Source of the DNA: a virus
Taxonomy: Duplodnaviria; Caudoviricetes
Virus record (IMG/VR): IMGVR_UViG_3300046028_008563
Span: 1-53,143 of that record
Strand: one strand, 5' to 3'
DNA length: 53,143 nt
The notes beneath the pieces were generated by a model, which was not told the DNA's origin, did not search any database, and was given only the letters and a program-made list of their open reading frames with translations. Within the stretch, counting starts at the first letter, position 1. Each line of letters starts with the position of its first letter. A program made the translations under genes and the position numbers. Of this stretch, positions 46,029 through 53,143 are shown piece after piece.

Positions 46029-47558
46029 GTGGTGACACAGACCCTGACCCTACACGAGCCGCCCCACCGCTTGCGTGAGCGGGCAGAGGCAGAGCTTGCG
46101 CGCCGCTCGCTCGCGTACTTTGTGCGCTGCGCGTGGCACGTCGTGGAGCCGGGGACGCCGCTCGTGTGGAACTGGCACATCGACCTGATCTGTCAGCGCC
46201 TCGAAGCAGTCACCCGCAAGGAGTGTCTGCGGCTGGTCATCAACATCCCGCCGGGCCATATGAAGTCGCTGCTCGTGGCGGTCTTCTGGCCCGCGTGGGA
46301 GTGGCTGACACGTCCCGAGGAGCGCACCCTCTTCCTCGCCAACTCCGCCGACCTCGCAGCGCGTGACTCGCGCCGATGCCGTGAGGTGATCCAGAGCGAG
46401 TGGTATCAGCGCGTGCTGGCCTTGACGAGCAGTGAGCGCGGCCTTGAGCCGTGGACGCTCGCGGGCGATCAGAATGAGAAGATCAACTACGAGAACACCC
46501 GCCGCGGCTTCCGCGAGTGTCTCTCGATCGGCGCCAAGGTCACGGGCAAGCGGTCAGACAAGCAGGTCTTGGATGACCCGTATGACGCCAAGGAGCTCCA
46601 GATCGGCAGCCCGGAGCAGGTCGCCCGACGCCTCCACGAGGTGACGGCGATCTATGACGGCGTGCTGGCCTCGCGCTTGAACGACCTCGCGACAGGCGCC
46701 CGCGTGCTCATCATGCAGCGCCTGCATATGGATGACCTCGCGGCCCATTGTATCGCGGCGGGCTACGAGGTGGTGTGCCTCCCCACCGAGTATGACCCGG
46801 CCCACCCCCACGTCTGCCCCGATGACCCGCGGCAGGAGGCGGGTGAGCTGCTCTTTGAGGCCAAGTTCGGACGCGCTGTGATCGAGGAGATCAAGCGCAA
46901 CCCCCTGTCAAACTACGGGGGCCAGCACCAGCAGACCCCCCGCCCACAAGGCGGCGGGCTGTTCCGCGCTGCCCACTTCCCACGCTTTGACGTCGCGCCC
47001 ATCCAAGCCCCCGGTACCTGGTATCAGAGCTGGGACTTTCGCCACGGCGGCAAGGGCAAGGAGACAAGCTATGTCGTCGGCAACCTCTACTTCCGGCCCT
47101 CCGCAGCCCCCGCCACCGTCTACCTTGTGGATGTGGTGCGTGATCGCTGGGATCCTGACGAGAGCTTGCGGCAGTTCGACCTGCGCCAAGCCGACCCCCT
47201 GTGGGGCCGCGCCAAGGTGATCTTGATCGAGGAGAAAGCCGACGGCATCACGGTCCTGTCCATGAGACGGCGGCAGGTGGCAGGCATGATCCCGGTCAAG
47301 CCGCTCACCGACAAGGAGAGTAGGGCGCGGGCAGTGCAGCCGATCACGCAGTCCGGCTGTGTGCTGCTGCCAGAGTCCGCCCCGTGGCTCGCCGAGTGGG
47401 AGCGTGAGGTGTTCGCGTTCCCGGCCACCTCGCACGACGATCAGGTTGATACCCTGTCCCAGATGCTTGAGTACCTCCACGGCATCCTCAAGCCGAACTT
47501 CTCACAGCTCCCCACCTTCGCGGCCCGCAAGGGCCACGTCCCCTCACCGATCAGGTAG
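46029..47558 (+). CDS. terL: Terminase large subunit
   Basis: RLVINIPPGHMKS, LDDP, IMQRLH.DDL, IEEKA.G, HDDQVD. Confidence 0.95.
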   Translation: MVTQTLTLHEPPHRLRERAEAELARRSLAYFVRCAWHVVEPGTPLVWNWHIDLICQRLEAVTRKECLRLVINIPPGHMKSLLVAVFWPAWEWLTRPEERTLFLANSADLAARDSRRCREVIQSEWYQRVLALTSSERGLEPWTLAGDQNEKINYENTRRGFRECLSIGAKVTGKRSDKQVLDDPYDAKELQIGSPEQVARRLHEVTAIYDGVLASRLNDLATGARVLIMQRLHMDDLAAHCIAAGYEVVCLPTEYDPAHPHVCPDDPRQEAGELLFEAKFGRAVIEEIKRNPLSNYGGQHQQTPRPQGGGLFRAAHFPRFDVAPIQAPGTWYQSWDFRHGGKGKETSYVVGNLYFRPSAAPATVYLVDVVRDRWDPDESLRQFDLRQADPLWGRAKVILIEEKADGITVLSMRRRQVAGMIPVKPLTDKESRARAVQPITQSGCVLLPESAPWLAEWEREVFAFPATSHDDQVDTLSQMLEYLHGILKPNFSQLPTFAARKGHVPSPIR

Positions 47559-47560
47559 CG

Positions 47561-50257
47561 ATGACAGCCGACAAGACGATGCTCGCGGTGCTCAAGCGCT
47601 ACGGGCTCAAGCCCTCCACCTTCGCCGCGCCGCCTGAGCCGCAGGTGGTGCGCCTTGAGGAGTGGGCCGCTGACGACAAGGAGCCGCGTGAGCTGGTCGA
47701 GTCGCTGACGGGTGGCAAGCACGCGAGCGCCAAGCTCCTGCAGCTCGCCGAGGAAGATGAGGCGCTCAAGCCCTACCTCTCGGATATGCCCGCGCCCGAC
47801 GTCGAGATCGGCACGCCTGGCACGCCGATCTACGGCGGCATCCTGCGCGTGGACCCCTCCTACCGCATGTCGCCCTTTGTGGCGCGTGGTCACGCCTCCT
47901 CGCTCGGCGTGTATGAGGAGCACCTGCGCGAGCCGCTCGTGTATCAGTGCTTCCAGACGCTTCGCCAGCTGCTCGTGACGGGTAGCTGGACCATTCAGAT
48001 GCCGGAGCTCGCACAGGAGTGGATGACCCCTGCCCAACTCGGCGCGCTGGAGCGCGAGATCGACACGATCTGGTCGGCGCTGCTCAACACGGAGGATGGC
48101 TGGGACCACTACGTCGAGCACGCCGCGACCGCGATCATCTTCGGCTTCTCGATCTTCGAGGTGGTGTGGCGCCAGACCTCCAAGGGCTGGCTCCCCTCAC
48201 GGCTCGCCTTCCGCGAGGCGTCCACGGTGGACCAGTGGTTGATGACCGCACGTCAGGATCGGCTGGTCGGCGTGCGCTTTGCCACGGGCTCGCCCGGCTC
48301 CACCTACGTCCTGCCCGCATGGGGTGACACGCTCACCTCGCGCCGCGTCCTGCTCAACACGCTCGGCGGTCGGGGCAACAACTTCGAGGGCATCCCCCCG
48401 ACGCGTCCCATCGACACGCTGATCACCTACAAGAAGCTGCTGCTCACGATCGCGGCGGCGGCGGCGGAGCGCTTCGGGTCGCCCGTCCTGCTCGCCAAGG
48501 TGGACGCGGGGCTCAAGGATCTGCCGGGCTTTAACCCCTCACAGGAGCAGTGGGACGGCTTCATGGCGATCCTTGAGACGATGCGCGCGTTGGAGACCCC
48601 CACGCTCGCCGCGCCTCCTGGCCTTGACGCTGCCTATCTTGGCCCTCCCGGCACGATGCCGGACCTGCTCGGCCAACTGGAGTATTGCGACAAGCAGATC
48701 ATGCTGGCCTTCAGCAACCAGGGGAGCTTGCTCGGACAGGGCGCCCACGGCTCCTACGCGCTCGCTGAGGTGCAAGACAACCAGCTCCTGCGCTCCGCCC
48801 CCTATTACGCGCAGGTCATCACGCGCTCGCTCAACGGGCTCATCCGCGACCTGCTGCGCTCTCGTGGGTGGACGCTCCCGCAGTACCCGCAGATCAAGTG
48901 GCAGGTCGGCGGGGCCGCTGACGCCTCGCGCCTGCTCGCCGATCTCGGCTCCTTTATGTCGCAGGCTGGCAGTTGGCCGCGTGCTGCCCAGCAGCTCGGG
49001 CTGAAGCTCATGGGTCTGCCGGCTGACACGTTTGAGGCAGGGGATGCCTTTGATCCTCAAGATGACCAGCGGCAGGCGGCGGCGGCGGCTGATGCGCCCA
49101 CGCTCAACGCCGAGCATGGCGCTGGCTGTGGGTGTGGCGATGCGCTGACCGCGCTCGCCGAGAGCTACACGCCGCCCAAGGGTGTGCAGGATAACGCAGC
49201 CCGCGCCCTCGCGGTGCGTGAGGATAAGGTGGAGAGCGAGCGCGGCATGACCCCCGTGGGGATCGCCCGCGCCCGCGACCTCTCCAACGGCCGCCCCGTG
49301 AGCGAGGACACGCTGCGCCGGATGGTCGCCTACTTTGATCGCCACGAGAGCGACAAGCAGGGCGAGACGTGGGACGAGCAGGGCAAGGGGTGGCAGGCGT
49401 GGCACGGCTGGGGTGGTGATGAGGGCTGGCGTTGGGCCAAGCAGATCGTTGAGCGCCTCGATCGCGAGCGTGACGAGCTCGCCGACGCGCTCGCGCAGGG
49501 TGAGCTTGTGCAGCTCGCGGAGAGCGACTGGCCGCCCGCCGCCGCCGCCCTGATGGATGCCGCCGAGGCAGAGCTTGCGAAGGCGTTTGGGCAGATCCAG
49601 CGCGCCCAGCAGCAGCGGTGGCGTGAGCTGATCCGCGACAACACCGACGCCGCCGATCTCCTCGCAGACCGTGACCAGATCCGGCGTGAGTACCAGCCGC
49701 GCTACCTTGAGGCAGTGCAGCTCGTGATCGAGCAGGTGGGCGAGCGCGCTGGTGTGCAGCTCGGTAAGCAGCTCGGCGTGGAGCTTGGTATCCCCTTCGA
49801 GGTCACGCCAGAGCTCTCGCTGCTCGCCGCCAACGTGGCAGACGAGATGACGAGCCGCACGATCGGGCTCATGTCGTCTGCACAGGTCGAGCGGGAGCGA
49901 GGCTCCTCACGCCTCGCGGTCCCCATCCTCGCGACGGCGACGCTCACGCTCATCGCCTCACGCGCCGTCTCTGGCGCCTTCAACGCTGGTCGCGATCGCA
50001 TGATCCAGTCCGTGCTTGAGGCGTTCAAGAAGCGCACCGAGCAGACGCCCCGCTTCATCGCGGAGCGCTCGGCGGTGCTGGACCCCGCGACCTGTGAGAC
50101 CTGCGCCGCGCTCGATGGGGTGCAGGTGCTCGTGGGCAGCAAGCGCTACCGCGACCTCTCACCGCCGAACCGCTGCAAGGGCGGGGAGCGGTGTCGCTGT
50201 GTCTGGATCTACCGCGTGCCAGCCGGCATCGCGGACGTGCTCAAGGTGGAGACATGA
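47561..50257 (+). CDS. Portal protein (Mu gp29/DUF935-like) fused to a central domain and a gpF-like minor head domain
   Basis: FGFSIFEVVW, AERFGSP, GSYALAEV; then GM.PVG.ARA.DL...WGGD.G; then D.ATCETC..LDG...CRC. Confidence 0.85.
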   Translation: MTADKTMLAVLKRYGLKPSTFAAPPEPQVVRLEEWAADDKEPRELVESLTGGKHASAKLLQLAEEDEALKPYLSDMPAPDVEIGTPGTPIYGGILRVDPSYRMSPFVARGHASSLGVYEEHLREPLVYQCFQTLRQLLVTGSWTIQMPELAQEWMTPAQLGALEREIDTIWSALLNTEDGWDHYVEHAATAIIFGFSIFEVVWRQTSKGWLPSRLAFREASTVDQWLMTARQDRLVGVRFATGSPGSTYVLPAWGDTLTSRRVLLNTLGGRGNNFEGIPPTRPIDTLITYKKLLLTIAAAAAERFGSPVLLAKVDAGLKDLPGFNPSQEQWDGFMAILETMRALETPTLAAPPGLDAAYLGPPGTMPDLLGQLEYCDKQIMLAFSNQGSLLGQGAHGSYALAEVQDNQLLRSAPYYAQVITRSLNGLIRDLLRSRGWTLPQYPQIKWQVGGAADASRLLADLGSFMSQAGSWPRAAQQLGLKLMGLPADTFEAGDAFDPQDDQRQAAAAADAPTLNAEHGAGCGCGDALTALAESYTPPKGVQDNAARALAVREDKVESERGMTPVGIARARDLSNGRPVSEDTLRRMVAYFDRHESDKQGETWDEQGKGWQAWHGWGGDEGWRWAKQIVERLDRERDELADALAQGELVQLAESDWPPAAAALMDAAEAELAKAFGQIQRAQQQRWRELIRDNTDAADLLADRDQIRREYQPRYLEAVQLVIEQVGERAGVQLGKQLGVELGIPFEVTPELSLLAANVADEMTSRTIGLMSSAQVERERGSSRLAVPILATATLTLIASRAVSGAFNAGRDRMIQSVLEAFKKRTEQTPRFIAERSAVLDPATCETCAALDGVQVLVGSKRYRDLSPPNRCKGGERCRCVWIYRVPAGIADVLKVET

Positions 50258-51354
50258 CCCTGCACAAGCTTGGCGAGGCGAGCCGCCGCCGCTTCCAGAT
50301 CTTCACCTGGGGGCCTGTCGCTCACGAGGACGGTGACTTCCTCGTCGATGGTCAGTTCTACGAGGACCACAAGGCCTACCTCGCGGCGCGGGCGGCGGAT
50401 GGGTACTATGTCCCCATCTGGCGCAAGCACACCGACGAGGGGATCTCCTACGGGCTGCTGCTCGATCTCATCGCCACCGAGGCGGGCATTGACGCCGTGG
50501 TCGAGTTCGCGGGCGGGTGGGAGAAAGCCTTTGATGAGGGGCACCTGCCGCACTGGTCGCCCTCGTTTTACACGGGCTGGACCGACAGCACCGGGCAGAC
50601 GTGGGCGCGTGCGATGCGCGAGCTCTCGTTTGTCGGCGTGCCACATATGAAACAAGTACCTGTCGCGGGTACATTTTACGCGCTGTCCGAAGGGCTTGCG
50701 CGCAGAGAGGAGGTCAAGAGAATGGACGATGAGCTGATCGTGGTGCCCGTGCCTGAGGGCGACGAGGAGAGCGAGCCGATGGATCAGGAGCTGGCGGAGC
50801 CGCCCTATGAGATGGGTGACGTCAAGCGCGACATGGGCGAGGTGCGCTCGCTGCTCCAGCGCCTGATGGAGCTGATGGGCGCTGGCAAGGATGAGGAGCC
50901 CGCGGCGATGGCCGACGAGGAGAAGCCCGAGGAGATGGCGCTGGCCGAGCAGGTCCGCACCCTCAAGGCGGAGCTGAAGCAGCTCCGCGAGAGCAAGGCT
51001 CGCACCGAGATCCGCGCCGCGCTGCCCAAGGCAGACGAGGCGAAGATCAAGCGGCTCGTCGCGCTCTCCGAGGCAGACGAGGGGGTCTATCGCGACACCC
51101 TCAAGATGCTGTCCGAGGCGGCGGCGGCAGGCGGCAAGCAGGCGCCCACGCCCACCACCACCCCGGAGCGGGGCCAGCAGGGCAGCGCCGCGGCGACGGG
51201 CACTCCCACGCTCAAGCAGCTCTGCGAGCAGGCCAAGCGCGAGAACGTCACGCCGGGCCTGCCGCTGACCAAGTACCTCTCCACCAAGGGCGTGGATTGG
51301 CACAGCGTCAGCGAGGACGAGTACAAGCAGGCAAAGGCCGCCGTCTGGGGCTGA
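50254..51354 (+). CDS. Head maturation protease/scaffold (Mu gpI-like)
   Basis: H, WSPSF and LSFVGVP catalytic-type motifs; acidic coiled-coil C-terminal half. Confidence 0.75.
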   Translation: MTLHKLGEASRRRFQIFTWGPVAHEDGDFLVDGQFYEDHKAYLAARAADGYYVPIWRKHTDEGISYGLLLDLIATEAGIDAVVEFAGGWEKAFDEGHLPHWSPSFYTGWTDSTGQTWARAMRELSFVGVPHMKQVPVAGTFYALSEGLARREEVKRMDDELIVVPVPEGDEESEPMDQELAEPPYEMGDVKRDMGEVRSLLQRLMELMGAGKDEEPAAMADEEKPEEMALAEQVRTLKAELKQLRESKARTEIRAALPKADEAKIKRLVALSEADEGVYRDTLKMLSEAAAAGGKQAPTPTTTPERGQQGSAAATGTPTLKQLCEQAKRENVTPGLPLTKYLSTKGVDWHSVSEDEYKQAKAAVWG

Positions 51355-51422
51355 CCGCTCCCGACTCACACACAACCCACCACGGGACATAAACAACCCA
51401 CCTCACCAAAAGGATAGAGGAC

Positions 51423-51788
51423 ATGGACGGTTACATCATCAACAAGGTGACGAGCGCTGCGGTCAACCAGTACGCGCCCGTCAAGATCTCCTCCAACGCC
51501 GTCGCCCACTTCGCCGACGACACCGACACCCTGTTCGGCATCGCGACCGCCTCGGCGGACAGCGGCGCCAACGTGGGCGTGCAGGTCAACGGCGTCGCGC
51601 AGGTGCTCGTGGACGGCAGCGGCACCGCCGTCGTCGCGGGCGACCTGCTCATGGGCGGCGCGGCCAAGCTCGTCAAGTACGCGAGCGGCACGGGCCACAA
51701 GGCTGTCGCCCGCGCTCTGGAGCCTGCGAGCGTCTCCAAGGTCATCCGCGTGCAGCTGCTGGCCGATCGCCAGACCGCCGACGCCTGA
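51423..51788 (+). CDS. Capsid decoration/cement protein
   Basis: GIA........V.V...G and GDLL...ARALE motifs; between scaffold and major capsid. Confidence 0.7.
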   Translation: MDGYIINKVTSAAVNQYAPVKISSNAVAHFADDTDTLFGIATASADSGANVGVQVNGVAQVLVDGSGTAVVAGDLLMGGAAKLVKYASGTGHKAVARALEPASVSKVIRVQLLADRQTADA

Positions 51789-51904
51789 TCCCCCTCACAC
51801 GCCCACGCTGGCCCATCCGGGCTGCCTGATCCCCACATAAAACACAATCAGAGCCCGATGCGCGCACAGACGCCATCGGGCTTTTCTTTTGAAAGGAGGC
51901 CCAG

Positions 51905-52840
51905 ATGGGCGTCAACGTCGGCTCTATCCCCAACATCCTCGTCGCCGAGATCATGCAGCAGCTCATCACGAGCGAGCCTGCCCAGGCGGACACCATCTGC
52001 ACGCGGCGCACCGACCGCAGCACGCTGTCTGGCAGCATCCCCGTGCTCCAGTCCATCACCACGCTCGCCCGCGCCGAGGATGTCGGTGTGGGTCCCTTCG
52101 CCGAGGTCGCGGACCACGGCGGCTCGATGACCACGGCGGCCTACAACTGCCTCGCCCGCGTCGGCTCCTCGCACATCTCTGACGAGGAGGTCAACGACAT
52201 GGGCGCGCTCGGGCAGGATGCCATCGCCCTGCACCTCGGCATCTGCCGCGCCGTCGCGAACTTCAAGACGGACTTCGCGCTGGCTACGGCCCTCACGTCC
52301 GGCTCGCTCAACGGCACGTTCAACTGCAACTCGGATGGCGCTGGCGAGTGGGACGACAAGACCAACGGCACGCCGCTTGAGGATCTGCTCAAGGCGTCGC
52401 GCACGTTCGCCCCCGACGCCGACACGCTCGTGATCGGGCGCCGCGTCGCCGAGGCGCTGATGGCGCAGCCCGACATCAAGGCGGAGTCGTCGATGTTCTC
52501 GGCGGGTCAGCTCGACTACAACAGCCTTGAGGCGTACCTGCGCCGCAAGATCCCCAACATCCGCTTCATCCACATCCTCGACAAGCTCTACAACACCAAC
52601 TCGCTCGGCCAGACGCCCGTGGTGAGCCGCCTGTTCGAGATCAACGCGTGGCTCGGCTACAAGCGCGACCTGATCCTCGTCGAGCCTGCTGGCGCGCCGA
52701 TCCAGAACAAGGTGGAGCAGGAGCGCGTGGTCCGCAAGCGCGCCACGCTGCTCCAGTATGAGCGCTACAACGACATCCTGCGCCCGTCAGCCTCGCTCGG
52801 CGTGCGCTTCACCAACGTCATCACGGGCGGCTCCTACTGA
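51905..52840 (+). CDS. Major capsid protein
   Basis: 311 aa; AAGGAGG RBS; W.....TPL.D, DTLVIG...AL..P.I and C-terminal G..F.NVI pattern. Confidence 0.8.
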   Translation: MGVNVGSIPNILVAEIMQQLITSEPAQADTICTRRTDRSTLSGSIPVLQSITTLARAEDVGVGPFAEVADHGGSMTTAAYNCLARVGSSHISDEEVNDMGALGQDAIALHLGICRAVANFKTDFALATALTSGSLNGTFNCNSDGAGEWDDKTNGTPLEDLLKASRTFAPDADTLVIGRRVAEALMAQPDIKAESSMFSAGQLDYNSLEAYLRRKIPNIRFIHILDKLYNTNSLGQTPVVSRLFEINAWLGYKRDLILVEPAGAPIQNKVEQERVVRKRATLLQYERYNDILRPSASLGVRFTNVITGGSY

Positions 52841-52918
52841 CCCATGATCGACCGCACAGGCGCGGTGCGCACCGCGCCTGTGCATCCCCCCTCCCCTCTC
52901 TCCACAAGGAGCCGCATC

Positions 52919-53143
52919 ATGAGCCACAAGATCATCGCCGTCCGCGACGGCTTCAAGGATGAGGACGGTGTCTACTGGGACGCCTTCAAGATCGCGTCCG
53001 TCTCCTCGGCACACGCCGCCTACCTGTGCAGCCGCAGCGCGCACGTCATGAGCCTTGATGACCTCAAGACTCGCATCACCAAGGGCTACCCCACCGGGAC
53101 GCTCGCAGGCTTTGCGCGCAAGCTCAAGCTCGATGACCTCGCC
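52919..53143 (+). CDS. 5' part of the gene crossing the circular join (continues to 333)
   Basis: AAGGAG RBS; MSHKIIAVRDGFKDEDG...; open to the window end. Confidence 0.8.
   Translation, partial: MSHKIIAVRDGFKDEDGVYWDAFKIASVSSAHAAYLCSRSAHVMSLDDLKTRITKGYPTGTLAGFARKLKLDDLA

Larger units (their letters stand above)
1..53143. mobile_element. Complete tailed phage genome (siphovirus-like, probable phage-plasmid)
   Basis: Head, tail, lysis and replication modules are all present, the ends overlap, parAB and rep are present, and no integrase is visible. Confidence 0.93.

Noticed and set aside
47561-52840. Mu-like transposable phage
   Set aside because: Only the head genes and mom are Mu-like; there is no MuA/MuB or host DNA at the ends, and an initiator-helicase replication module is present
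53018-53143. Terminal repeat as a biological direct terminal repeat
   Set aside because: It is 126 bp, falls mid-gene and is about the size of an assembler k-mer overlap, so it indicates circularity only

Overview
This window looks like a complete, circularly assembled genome of a high-GC (about 70% by eye) tailed phage, about 53.0 kb. Positions 4-129 are repeated exactly at 53018-53143, and one gene spans the join. The + strand virion operon has TerS, TerL, a portal fusion protein, a Mu-like protease/scaffold, decoration protein and major capsid protein, then wraps through the join into head-tail genes, tail tube, tape measure, tail tip and fibre genes, and lysis genes. No sheath gene is visible, so it is siphovirus-like. 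A - strand arm (21.9-33.5 kb) carries a C5 DNA methyltransferase, dCTP deaminase, thyA, DHFR, a Mom-like DNA-modifying enzyme and HTH proteins. A + strand early operon encodes XRE, ParA, ParB, two winged-helix replication proteins (one with internal iterons), a DnaC-like loader, DnaB, an antirepressor-like protein, a WYL domain protein and RusA. I see no integrase or transposase, which suggests a phage-plasmid. Notable observations: a dispersed GGCAGGCGGCGGC(GGC)AAGAG motif in at least seven intergenic regions, a 63-nt D-armless tRNA-like element with a UCA-centred loop, an endolysin-holin fusion ORF, a three-part portal fusion, and apparent restriction-site avoidance. All product calls come from motif recognition by eye; no database searches were run.
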